A stretch of DNA of 64,000 nucleotides from Trichoplax adhaerens (lineage: Eukaryota; Animalia; Placozoa). Positions 13,701 through 31,368 of the stretch are shown piece after piece (position 1 is the stretch's first letter; each line of letters begins with the position of its first letter). The notes under the pieces are model-generated. The model worked only from the letters and a program-made list of their open reading frames with translations. It was not told the DNA's origin and made no database searches. Position numbers and translations under genes: made by a program. Location: contig NW_002060943.1 of the NCBI RefSeq assembly GCF_000150275.1, positions 11,036,878 through 11,100,877 of the forward strand. Reading direction: 5' to 3'.

Positions 13701-16700
13701 ATGCATTGTAATATCTAACTGCTATGATCATCTCAGAGATATGCTCACCTTTTTATTTAGTCAAATTTAGAACAAGTACAGCAACAATTGGAAGCCTGCA
13801 AAGCTAGTGAAGAAGATCGTAAAAGTGAAAAAGAAAGTATGGAAAAAGCGTATGCAAACTTAGAGATTAGTGCCAGAGAACAGTTTCTAGCTAAGGTAAT
13901 TTTTGATTACATACTCGTACTGCTACTTTTATCTGACAACTCTAAAGACCAAATAGTTTGGCGTTACATACTTCATCGAAAATATTGTACATTAACAGTA
14001 TGAATGTATATAATTCTATCATATTAGGATAAAGACATCAAGGTTTTGCAGGATAAAGTACGAGATATGAGCACATTGGTAGCGGAAGCTAATGCAGCAA
14101 AGGATAGTTATCAAAAAAAATATGCTGAATTAGAGAAAACAATAGTTGACCAAGCAGAAGAAAATAGGTATTTTATAGAATACGTCATCACTTAAGTAAG
14201 AAAATCAATTATAACATAAACAACGAAATAATCCTTTATAATTAATACACACGTACTTATGCGTGTACTTAACTACCCTAAAACGCCCTTAAGCCACTAA
14301 TTCGGCCTAAAAACGACAATTTTAAAATAAACTAGGAAGCAAATGAGTAAGATGATTTCCAGGGATAGCTCAGAATTTCAAGAAGCCATTAATCGAGAAA
14401 GGGTTCACGAAAGGGAGCGCTTTGATATACTTGTGAATCAAATGCAAGAAAGGTATGAATACAAATACCCCTCCATCCATTAGGATTGCTACACCACATG
14501 GAAGATATGCATGTATCTTACTCTCTTGCTTAAATCCATTTCTTACTACCTTCATTTCTAACGTTAAAATTGCTAAAATAAATTCACGCCAACTCTTAAA
14601 AAGACTAAAAGAAAAGGATAGAGAAATTGCTGACCTTAATGAATGGATCAATAAAGCTGTCAGGCTAGATGCGGAAGAATATGACTCGGTAGGTATTTCA
14701 TTTGATTTTTTATTAACTCTCAGACTTGTTCAAGATTTATGCTGAGTCTTAGTTGGATAATTCCTAACTTCTATAGAATATTAACGGCAGTAAAATATCT
14801 ACTCTTTGCCTATTTGCAGTTGTCACTACAATTTGAACGTTGCGTAAGTGAACGTAATAGCTTAAAATTGGATTACGAAAAGAAAGCGGCTTCGGAAAAT
14901 AGATTGAAATCATTACTATCAAGACTGGTTAAGGTAGTAGTTAATTAAATATTAATCGCTTTGTCTATTCCAACCATAAGTGCGAGTAGTCTACTAAATT
15001 GTACGGTACCGAATATCGCATAGATGACAGAAGAACAACGAACTCGATTAAACGAAGTAAAGCTACAAAATAGTGAACTGAAAAGACGAATGACTGTAAG
15101 GATGTAACGCACTAATAAATCACACAACGTATTCATTAATTTCTACCTTTTCCATATAGTTTTTCAGTACAAAATATTTCAACACTGTTATTGTAGGAGT
15201 GCGAGAAAAGATTTACTAGCCAAATTAATTTGACAACATTAATAGAGAAGAACTGCAAAGAGCTACAAGAGGTTTGCCAATTTGACTTCTTATAACTAAC
15301 TGCGTTGGTATTTACGCATCTGTATATTTACCCTATTTATTTCACAACATTAGGATAATATGAAGCTAACAACGAAGGTTACTCGATTACGAGGTGAAAA
15401 TGAAGGCCTCAAAAATGAGAATGAACGACTGCGCAACGAAGTCGCCGACAAAGGTCAGCTAACGCGTATGAAATACTTTAGCTAGTCTCTCTGTTATATG
15501 GGGTAAATTACCGTACTAAAGTTTAGAATCAACCGCACCATATTTATTCGAAATGATGGGCGCCATAGTTGTATCAAAAAAGAAAATATACCCAAAAGGC
15601 AGATATAGTACCAACATGCTTTGACAGATCATCATTAATCCGAACAAGCGGTAGTGAACATGCTTACTGTAACGGATATTGAGATTATACGTCTCAAAAA
15701 AGAAAATGTATCGGAAATACAGATATACTGTAGTATCATTATTGCTTTGATGGACCATCATTAATCCGAATAAACGGTTGTGATGTTATTTACTATAATG
15801 TATGTTAAGGCACACATATACTTTATACCGTACATTTTGTGGATTATACGTTGTATTCTAGACATATAAGAAATAATCTCGTAATTGACTAGCAATATGT
15901 ACTATATTTCTACACTGGTTCTGTTTCGACAGGTCTGGCTAAAATTCACGATTATGCCATAATAAAACGTGAGGCAGAAATTTTAAAGGCAAATGCAGCA
16001 GATATTCCAAGGCATTATTGGTAAAGATAATCAGTTACAAGGATACTCTTATTAATTTACTTTGATTGAAGTACCTCGCGCGGATATCTGCAATTGGATG
16101 AAGACTACTACAGTCGCTTAATATGAATCGTATCTTTGTATACTACCATTAGGATTTAGAAGATAGTATCCGTATTAAAAATAAGATGCTCGATGATCAA
16201 AATTCAACAATACAGCAGCTAAAACAAGTAAGCGCGAAAATATAGATAACGATTGATTTAATTGCGCTCAATGATATTAATTTAAATTGCACTAAAATGG
16301 GTTTAGGCAAAACTGAATTTAGAAGAGGAACTAGCCGATGTTATCCAAAAAGCTTCGGAAGTCGAAAAAGAGCTTACTTCACATATGAATAGAGACGATA
16401 TTTATCAAGTAATAGGATAAACGACGTGATTGTCGACGTATAATACACAGATATTGACTATTTACGGTGGTATTAGAATTGAAGAGAATAGATTTATAAC
16501 GCACTTTAAATATTAACTATCCATGAATGCCAATTATAAAAGGTAAACTGCTGCAATAAAGTTATCCATACGCTGCGTTTTATCTCTTTAGGAAGAAATA
16601 GAAGCGGGGCGTGACAAAATTGCAGAATTGGAAAACCAATTGGAAGATTACAAGTATAAATTCAAGACATGTAGGGATAAAAACGGGTAAGTAAATGATA

Positions 16701-17763
16701 ATATTTAAAGGATACGATGTCATATCCCATCCATACGTTATTTCATTTTCAAAACTATTGATCATCAATTTCCGAATTCTTATTTTACTGGCTTTATATA
16801 ACAGTCAGTATTGTACTGCAGTGTCATTATAGAAAGTTGTCCATTCTGAGACTAAATATAATTCGTTATTAATGGTCTCTGTAGCGTACATCATTAAAGA
16901 TAGGGGTGTATCATACTAACCGCATTAGTAATTGTAATCACATACGTTTAATTAATTAGTGAACTACAAACCAGAATTGATGAGCTGCTCAAAGTAGGAG
17001 AGGAAGCTAAGGAAAGAATACAGAAAGCGGCTGATAAGATGAAACAGATGGAAATAGAGAAAAGTCAAGCCATAAAAGAAAGCCAGTAAGACGAAGACGT
17101 ATATATTTATACACATTGATGCCTAGTCATCTCCAATATTATTACAATAACGGAGTTGCTTACAGATTCAGTCGGCAGTATTTGAATAGCTTTGTAATTA
17201 ATAATGCTTTATAGCTAATAAATGACTTTTGCACGCAGCCCTAACGTATGCGTCGATTAATGTTTCATGTATACATAGGAGATCTACACAATTGCAAACT
17301 AAATTGGATTCAGAATTTCGAAAGCAATTGCATTCGCAAAGTCAATGTTATGAAGAGCAACTGGAAGTGCTGCGTCACGAAAGAGATGTGTACATAGCAA
17401 ACGCCAATAGAAAGGTACTGTAATGTCCAATGTAAAAGTAAAAAATTATAAAAACCAATTACATACAGTATGTTTTATAGTAGAAAAAATAAAAAAATTA
17501 CTAATCATGTATATAATTCGTGTTGCAGTACTGTAGTAATAATTAATTACGCTTTAAATAGGAAGGCAAGATACTGTAGTTACGTTTATATTAATGAAAT
17601 CGACGACTATAATACCCCTATTTAGGTAGAGGAAGTAGAGAACGAAATGCGTGCTTTGTTACAGGAACGGATAACAATAAATCAGAAATACAGCGAAATA
17701 GAAGATCAGTTGACAAAGATGACTACTGCCTTTGTAGATTTAAAGAATCTGGCGAAGACATGA
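10740..17763 (+). CDS. LRRCC1: Leucine-rich repeat and coiled-coil centrosomal protein 1 (LRRCC1/CLERC/VFL1-like), multi-exon
   Basis: N-terminal SDS22-like LRRs (LCLIDEGINSLHDL...LNLHCNRIKQIENL...LDLSSNSITQIAGL...LNLACNKI), an LRR cap (NPMCKQDGYREKIFQALQPLEILDG), the family motif ELDAEKERRWKAE (exon near 13193), SIRIKNKMLDDQNSTIQQLK, and a long coiled coil ending VEEVENEMRALLQE...KNLAKT* (TGA 17761-17763). Recognised from recalled human LRRCC1 sequence. Confidence 0.9.
15571..15800. repeat. Diverged two-copy tandem duplication (period about 120-126 bp) inside an LRRCC1 intron
   Basis: Shared blocks: tcaaaaaagaaaat (15574/15694), cagatata (15600/15720), tgctttga, catcattaatccgaa (15630/15756), cggt.gtga and ttact.taa. 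Confidence 0.85.
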
Positions 17764-19397
17764 CAAGGCTAATATTATTCGTTTGATACGTAAAATTGCG
17801 AAAAAATATACAATATTACGTTATACATACATGTAACGTACATCATGATCTTTATAATGGCAAATCAATATTTTCGTGCTATGGATATGTAAAAATGTAT
17901 ATATATGTTGTATAAAAACTCCTTTAAATATTGTACAACCTGCACTCAGGTCTTAATTTTTACATTTATACATATACAGCATTATTTAAGTAGTCAATAC
18001 CAATGACGTGTGATATTATACGAATTAAAGATACCATATCCTTAATTCTCCTATTTCAACTGATACGCTCCAGTTGTAGATAAATTATTTCATAGTGCAG
18101 CAAACTCTATTTTCGTCCAAGTTATTTTTTACATGCTAGACTCGACCACGCTATTGATTTCAAAAGAAGTTTCTGCTAGGAATACGGTCTGCGTGTGTTC
18201 TATAATTAATTAATTTACATCGTTCTCATTTATTTATTAATGTACTATACTCTATGGGAGGTCATCCCATTGATCAAAAACTTTTTGCTGCAGACTATAT
18301 TGTGGAGTTGCTACAGAATCTGTAAATAAATTTGCAAACTGACTATGGCAGCGTAGTACCATGGCATAATAGTTCATGATAGTATTGTATCTTACTTTCC
18401 TCTACTAAAATTGTACGAATTTATTGTAACTGAAACCCTTCCTACATTTGTGTTTATTTGATATGCCTTTTTTACTACTGTATTCAAAGTATTTTATTTA
18501 CTTATTTATTTATTTATAGTAATATCGTATTTGAGTACAAAATCAGAGACCCTACTGACTACTGTACTAGATTTACCAAGTAGTGGACGCTGTAGATAGC
18601 ATAAAATAGACTACCGTATCGTCAAAGACTTTTACGAGAAAATTCGAGACTGGAAGTAGCTTTTCAGTCCAGTACAACAAATGTGCAATCGATCGTGCTA
18701 CCTACCGCCAGCATCCATGCAGTACGGTAACTACAAGTTGTTCTATCTCGTTGGTAATCTCTGGAAAGACAGCGACATAAATAGAGGCAGTTTTTTGAGC
18801 TTTTGTCACACGTAAATTATGATTATCGATTTCATTCTACTTTACGGCGAAATTAACCAAATCTGTTGCATGCCAGGCATTTTGTTTCAGTTTTTAGCTA
18901 AACAGAAACGAAGCTGCGGACAGTGCAAACTCTTTTTATTACTTGATATGACTGTGACAATCCTGCAGAGATCTACTATGATTCTGTAGTGCTGAGCAAA
19001 CCTGAAACGTAGACATGTACAGTATATTTACTGATTCATACAGTGATAGATTCGTATGCTCTAGTTGGGCTAGGGCTAAATCGTCGAGGGTTATGCTCTA
19101 TTAAGAGTCAACTAACTACTTGACATAACGCTTTTTATCATGACGCGGTTGTAAAGAATCTTGTAATATCGCCTTTCACCTATGTGAAAGTTTAGTACTG
19201 TACATTAAGTCATACTTTAGCCAGAATTCATCGCAATGATAGCCAGTGTCGACATCGCACGTGCTATACAAATGCATAAATTCTAGCATCAAAATTAAAC
19301 AACATATTAACCACCTACGGGCGATTGTAAATTTACACAAATGTTTTATAAAATATGTTCTTGAACTTACTCGTAGTATCTAAATCTTATTGAATAG

Positions 19398-22300
19398 ATC
19401 AAGAGGTTACTTTGGCGATTGTCAAATTCGACAATGTAACAATGGACAAAATACCATTAGAAGAATCAGAATTGCATATGGTCGTAAAATTCCTTGTTGG
19501 CTACGAAATGCATATTAAGCTTCGTCAAGACTACCAAATTGGTGGTACAGAAAGTAGCTGTGAACTATACATTGGCTCAGTATACAATGATAACTCTTCT
19601 TCTGCAAATATTACGGTTTGCGATACCAAGGTGAGTGTATAAATTATTTGATCAGAAACACATTACAGCTCTTAACTTGGGGATTACATACATCGTAGGA
19701 GGCGACAGGGACAATCTATTCAAGAAATGAAAAACTAATCATTGAGCCATTGGCAGAGAAAGGATCGCCACCGTTTGATTCCTATAAAGTTCACACATTA
19801 ATAGTTATAAACTCGTCCATACCAAACCTATATCGTAAGCATCGATGCATACATCACTAGTATTAATTTTACTTTGCCTTGTGTATTTCCGTGTCTTAAC
19901 TTTATCCTCAGCTATTAAAAGTTGTTTTAAACGTTTACTCAGGAAGCGAATACTTGTGGTCTCCAATGGCGTTCATAAATAACAGAAAAAAAAGAGCAGC
20001 TACTTCAACTTCTAATGATTTAACTTTGGAGACGTTAGTTGTAGTAGATCACTCTTTACATACAAAGCTTAAAGCGGTTGTCCCAGATATTGAACAGTTT
20101 GTAACGACCTTGATGAGTATTGTAAGTACTGAAATTATTTCGAAAAACTTCATATCTTTCTATGTATTGAGCCATTACTGATATTTTATTTCCCTAGGCA
20201 AATGACTTTTATCATCACAAATCTCTCGGAAGCAGGATTAATATTGCAGTCACGAAAATCGTCATTATGAGTGAAGCTGACCAAGTATGCATCTAAATAA
20301 ACTTTCATTTTTGGTTAAAATTTGTACATGTCTACAAGATTTTATTTATTTTCAATGGCTATAGAGAGCAATGGGACAAAACATGCTTGCTCAGCTTCAG
20401 CTGTATTACTTCAGTCAGTGGCAATACCAGCATTACCCTGATTGCGATCATGCTGTGTTGTTAACTGGGTAAGGAGATTCTTGATATGATAACCGAACAA
20501 AATTTTTGCTGTATGACATAACTGAAGTTATCTTTACTCTTTTTATTTTTTACAGTTTATCGCTAAAAGGAAACAATTATGAGTCTATAGTTGGTAAGAT
20601 CAATAGTAAAGATTTTTATCGCAGGATTCATTTACGTTTTGATAATCCATAATTTATTTTGCAGGATCTGCATGGAGCGGAACTATGTGTGAAAGAATGT
20701 TTAGTAACTCTATAGTTGAAGTTGTCAGTTTATTATCTGGAATTACGATTGCACATGAAATAGGACACAGGTCGCCTAAAATCGCTTGATTCTGCTAGTC
20801 TATTTTGTATTATTATACTACATCGCATGCGTTTATCATAATTATATGTTCTGCTAAACAGTTTCGACTTAAGACATGATGAAGACTATGGGACTCGATG
20901 TAGTGGCCGCAGTTATGTAATGTCCAAACAATTTACTTTGAATGGAGAATTAACTTGGTCGCGTTGTAGTGCGTCAAAACTGAAGGAATTTCTAAAGTAA
21001 GGTGTTCTCTTTTGTAATCAACTGAAAGGGATTGTTAACCTAGGATCTTGATCTTGTAATAGCTCGCCTTATAGGTCGCGCTGTCTACATAACAAACAAA
21101 GTCGTGATTCTACCCCCTCCAGCTCGTTAGCTCAGCCAGGACAGTTATTTGACGTTGCTGCTCAGTGCAAAATTCGTCATGGACCCACAGCGACTCCATG
21201 CGATGACATCAATGCAGCTGCGGTAATTTATATTATTGGCATAGTTATCTTCTAAAGATATGATTTATATCAGTTGTAATTTTTCGAATTCATGTTTCAG
21301 GTTTGTTCTCGGTTGTGGTGTCGAGTCAATGGTCGGTGTACAACAGATAATTTCCCGCTAGTTGATGGAACAAGTTGTGGTTTAGACCGAGTAAGTTTTT
21401 TGAAGTAGCCTCTTTTCATATCTACGAACTAGGTTAACAATTTGAAAATTATACATACATAGTGGTGTCGAAACGGAAAATGTTCCGAAAAGAGTTCTGC
21501 TACATCATCACTTGGCAAATGGAGTGCATACTCGGATTTTAGCGCATGTAGTAGATCCTGTGGAGGTGGTATACAATATCGTCAGAGGTTTTGCGTATCT
21601 CCGTAAGTAATGACTTTATTAAAGTAATACATTGGAAACTAAATTTTAATAAGAAATGCACGATTGATTAGGTCTGGCGACGCTATTTGCAACGGCAAAA
21701 ATAAAGACTTTCGAATTTGCAATATTCAGGTAGAAATACGAATAATCGTTTTGTAGTTTAACCTGAATATACCAGGTCAACAGGTATCCTAAATCATACA
21801 TCTGTTTTGGACTCACAGTCTTGCCCGTCTAACGCTAAATCCTATCGGGATTGGCACTGCCAGATGCTTGGTTTTAGCAAAGCTTACTTAAATCATTATT
21901 ATGGCAAACATGGTAAGTTGAATTCGTATTATTCTGCCCAGTTCAGAGGCACAGAATGTTTTACAGATGAATTTCCACAATTTTTCCATTTATAGTGGAA
22001 TCAACTTGCGACTTACTTTGCTCGTATCAATTCGGACGGTTAAGTGTTGTGAAGAATGTTTCTAAAGTTGTAGACGGTATACGATGTGGAAAATCTTCAG
22101 TGTGCTTTAAAGGAGTTTGCTCGGTAATTTAACCTAATGGAAAGTGAGTTTATTGTGACTAGCGTAAATTATTACTGATATTAAATCCATGATGACTGTA
22201 CAGTCACTAGGTTGTGATGGCATTGTAAACTCTGGGGCAAAGTTAGATCGGTGTGGCGTTTGCAATGGAGAGAATGAATCGTGTAAAGTAATACAACAAG

Positions 22301-23970
22301 AATTAGTGACCTACGGTAGATATTTAATGATACCTCCTTCCGATCCGTTATGAAAATATCAAAGTGTTTAAACTTTTAAATTTTAAAAATTTTAGATTAC
22401 GAACAAGTACAATTTCCTCGGGGCGCTCGAAGCATCCTTATTACTGAAAGATTCAGAAACCAAAATGAAGAACTTCGTAAGTTATGTTACTATTAAAACT
22501 AATATTTTTGTTCTTGTCCTGCTTATCAATATTTTTGATCGTACGAAATTTAGGATTGAAAAATAGAAATGGTCAATCAGTTGTTATTAATCCTAGAAAT
22601 CAAAATGATTCCTATTACTTTGGAGGAACGGAATTTTTTTCAATGTTTGTAAATGGCCTTGGACGTATACAAGCCAATGGTCCTATCAAAGAAGATATTT
22701 TCCTGCAAGTAGGTTCTTGAAGCAAATGAGTTGTTTGATGATGTAAATGTTGAGTATGAGAAAGTATCTATAATTTTTTTAGAGTCGTAGTCATCTTCAG
22801 TTGATGCTCGAGTACAAAATAAGCAGAAAAGAATTTGCTTCGTTGAGCTCTTACGGCTGGATAGCTTTCGAGACAAAGTGCAGTGCTGTTTGTGGAGGAG
22901 GTATGGATACTTATTTGAATTCATAATTTCATGTATATTAAAAATGTCTCCATTCGATAGGATCGAAAATTCGTTACGCAAAGTGCGGCACTATTAGCTC
23001 TAACGGTAGTAGAGTTTTTGTGCCGGAATATGTTTGCGGTACAGCCGTAAAACCGAAAAATATAACGTTGTCATGCAACAGTCAACCTTGCCCTACAAGG
23101 TTAGTCGGATATTCTAATTTCAAACTTGGGTATATTAATGATTTCAGCTTTGATTCTACCTTTAGACCCCAGTTTACATTCAAGTGGCGCGTATATGTTA
23201 ATCCGTGCAGCAAATCGTGTGGTTCGGGTAAAGAATATACTGTATATAGAGGCTTTCCATCAATAACAGATATTTGATTGTTCTGATAATGGTTACCTTA
23301 CTTCGATTTAGGAACTCAAATCATAACGTATAAATGTTTTAAAGTGGAAACTGATCAAATGGTATCTGATAGCCATTGCAATGGCGTGGTTAAGCCTTTT
23401 TCGTATATTCGTAGATGTAATACGAAATCTTGTGCTGTCCAAGCAAAGTAAGTATATGAACTTGAGTTGGGGGATATTTCAAGTATTAAGTTTCCAGAAT
23501 AGCTTTTTAAAGTTGAATCTCGTGCGTTACAGATGGAAAGCCGGCAAATGGAGCAGTTGCAGTAAAAGTTGCGGTGGTGGTATAAAATATCGCAGCATAG
23601 CTTGTATCGATAACCAAAGCGGCCACATAATTCACCCAAGCAAATGTTCTCCACACGACGTCCCTGCTTCGTCTTCCAGTTGCAATAATCAGAAGTGCCT
23701 GATAGGAAAATGGAAGGTCCATTCTTGGGCAAAGGTGGAAATGTCATAGACTAAAAATTTCGTTTTTGTTGACCTTATTAACTTCGATTTTTACCCTAAT
23801 TTTTTTAAATTATTGTATTGTAGTGCAAAACGACTAACCAAGGATGTGCTCAAACTCGCCAACTCTACTGTTACAATCCTCAAAATCATGAAGAATTACG
23901 ATTTACAGACTGTGATAATTCCATTCGTCCTGAACGTATTCGTTTATGTCAGCCGATGGCTTGTGGTTAA
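19398..23970 (+). CDS. ADAMTS-family metalloprotease (prodomain, furin site, M12B catalytic domain, disintegrin-like, TSP1, Cys-rich, spacer, about 4 C-terminal TSP1 repeats); 5' start unresolved
   Basis: Spliced translation gives RKKR (19984-19995), LETLVVVD, DHAVLLTG, AHEIGHS|FDLRHDED (20751-20880), Met-turn YVMS, WSRCS, PGQLFDVAAQC, CSRLWC, DGTSCG, WSAYSDFSACSRSCGGGIQYRQRFC, VVDGIRC, GCDGIVNSGAKLDRCGVCNGENESC, spacer FPRGARSI...GPIKEDI, WKAGKWSSCSKSCGGG; TAA at 23968-23970. Confidence 0.9.
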
Positions 23971-25780
23971 TTCCTGTAATGGCAAATATTGCGGCTGTAA
24001 AATGAATCATTATTACCGCTAAATTACGATTTCGGATGTAATTTTTAGAAATTAGAATTTTGATGATTAGCAGATTTATATATACCTATATATATTAGAA
24101 TAACTGTATTACCTTGAATTTGTAATGTATACGAGTTTAGCGGACGAAATTTAAACTAGAAGTAATACACTTACTTTGTATTAGTGATATTTTAGTCATT
24201 TTATAAAAAAAGATACGTTTCGTTCCTATCCTATTGATGTTATAAAAGAGTATACGGAAATGCGACATGGTTTTAAAATACGTAACACATTCATGTCGCC
24301 AATGTTATTTAGCACTATTGCTCTGTTACGTTAAACTTACTACAAGTACATTTTATCGCTGAACTTGTTTTATTAATCGTCTGTTTTTCGCTATTAGTGA
24401 GCATCTTCTATCGAGCTATTTCTTAAAGATTTACAGAAATTGTAAACATTTCACTGTACTAACGGTATTGTACTACAATTGTAAATTTGGGGGATACTAA
24501 AATTGATTTGTAAAAGGCACTATAGTCAGTCAGTACCTGCATATTTTTGTAACTTCTACATCAAGCAAGTGAACCATTAGAAAGTGTTGTAGTGTTTTAT
24601 TATCAACAGAACTTTGACTAAACTAACTGCAGGTACGTGATAAACATCTTTCTTCATGATTTTGTAGTTAATTTTTAATTAGCTCAGTATAATTATGAGT
24701 AACGGTAATGTAATTTGATAGCCGTAACCGCATCTTGTCAGTAAAATCTCGTAAGTGATGTGATGTCAATATCACAAGTTGAATAAATCATATCATCCAT
24801 GCCTTGATTCATCTTGTACTCTGCGTAATAAGTATTTGATACATTTGAACAGACTTAACAGAATAGTAGTTGTTACGATGGTTGTCCAAGTGTTTTACCT
24901 CCCTAGACGAAGGGCGATGAAGTTCAGTAGTGAAATCGGAATTATGAATACGATTATATATTGTAGCTCAATGAAGGGCTTGCATTCGTTCATGATTCAG
25001 CATAGCCCTATGGATTGCTAAATTATCGCTATTATTATCATCCATGATAGCATACACTGCATTGCACTGTAAATATCTTAATTTCTTTGTATGGTGTTCC
25101 ACTGCTCATGCTATGCCACAGTGAGCCAACATATCATCAAAACACTTTGTAAAGATTTTGAAATTTACAGTTAATAATTTTAAGTAAATTTATAATCTTT
25201 GTGTTCACCTGACTAATGAAATAAGTAAATGCTCTTATACAGTGCAAATATCTATTCAATAATCATCCCCTATAAAATCAAGTTACAAGTTATGCTGTAA
25301 CTGTTTCTAGTGAATCAATATCGTTGACGACTATGACTATGCATGCACAGCACATGTTGCAGGTGTTGTACCAAAATTTGTAGTCATAACATAGACATAG
25401 ACATACTCTATGCGTACAGAAATAGCACTTCTCTTTCGTTGAACTAATTTTAAGCGAGACATATCAGTTAATATATCTCACTCGATTAATAGAGTCCAGT
25501 TGTTATTGAATGGATTTATTTGTCGGTATTTGCATTACCTAAGTTTTAGATATACTTCTATGGGTTAATAATCACTATTTCAGGGATATTTGGACGTATA
25601 TAAGCGCCGTTAATTATTGAATATTGGTTACTTTTATTAGAGTCAGGCAAACACAGTTTATATCCAAATCTTTAATTTTAGTAACTTGGCAAAATGATTG
25701 ACCATGTTTTGACAAGTTGGAGGACTATCGTAAGCATTGGTAACATGGTGCTGCTGAGACCTTCAAGATAGACTAGTGAT

Positions 25781-26219
25781 GGTACTGTACTGTACACCGA
25801 GTGTACCGTATTGTATGAAAGTAAGTGACTGTGAGTACTGTACAGCCTGACACATCGTGCTGTAGCGACCTGCAACTGTCATCTCCATGATAACAATGGT
25901 TACCACTGACTAGTGACTGATTCGTACAGTTCGACACAGTGAAGAGTACGTTGGCAGTATGCAGCAGCAAGTCAGTAACATCAGTCCTTACTGCCAACTC
26001 GATCCTAAGAAATCAATATTTCACTGAACATTTCTGGCAAATTGCTGAAAAGCTCTTGCTGAAAGTACAAATTCAATCCCTGTAAGTATCTTCAATTTAG
26101 GTGCGCAATATATTAGAGTCTACGAAAGAAATTGCCTATAAAATAGATTGAAATAAAGAACTACTAGTTGCGTGCAAGGAAGAACTATCAAAATAATGAA
26201 GTACTGTACTGTACTGTAA
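25781..26219. promoter_or_regulatory. (TACTG)n clusters upstream of NSUN2
   Basis: ggtactgtactgtacaccgagtgtac (25781), gagtactgtacag (about 25833) and gtactgtactgtactgta (26201-26218). Confidence 0.5.
25881..25894. promoter_or_regulatory. Candidate RFX X-box ATCTCCATGATAAC
   Basis: 14-bp match to the RFX X-box consensus (RTHNYY-AT-RRNAAC), inside the pentamer-rich region upstream of NSUN2. Confidence 0.45.
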
Positions 26220-26753
26220 AGCAATGAATCATGGAGAGATGACCTCGTGTCATGGTGATCAAATCGATAGTCATGGACTTTACTGCCTATGTAAATTGAT
26301 CGCAACGAATTAGAATTCCCTTTTTAACCGGCCATGCAGTCATGACTAGTCGTTAGGTAACTTTCTATACGAATTTTTCTGTCATTGGGGCAGGCGGTAA
26401 TAGGACTAACTACCGTATGTTGTCAGTACAGTAGTTTGACGATCTAACAGAGCGAACGAATATAAATCGTGATTCATCCGTACTGTACGAATGTCAAATT
26501 TTCCACTACTGAAAGTGTAAACTTGCATAAACGAGGTTAAATACTACCCAGTATGAGCTAATAGGTGGAGGATCGAAGAATCTATGACGATCGTATACAA
26601 CTACTAATTGTACATAGAATTTAGTTCATTTATAGGTACAATTTGCTGTCAAGGCAGAGCATAACCAGTTATGCTTCAGTAATTAACAATCTTGTTTGTA
26701 CTCCTTTCTGATAGTAGTCTCTTTCTGAAAAAGTAATCCTGCATAGACCTAAA

Positions 26754-31295
<4,542 letters not shown>

Positions 31296-31362
31296 TTCCT
31301 TTAATGAGTATCAACTATAATTTGGTTGCGCAATCTCTATCGATAGTGTCGTATGTATAAGC

Positions 31363-31368
31363 AATAAA
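31363..31368 (+). terminator. Probable NSUN2 polyadenylation signal AATAAA
   Basis: AATAAA 68 nt after the stop codon. Confidence 0.5.

Noticed and set aside
18037-18046. ATATCCTT as a U12 (AT-AC) intron donor
   Set aside because: Lies downstream of the LRRCC1 stop in intergenic/UTR DNA, with no exon context or matching branch point identified.
22640-23747. Antisense ORFs over ADAMTS (113, 130 and 71 aa), and similar ones over LRRCC1, the GPCR and COG4
   Set aside because: Shadows of real coding exons on the opposite strand.
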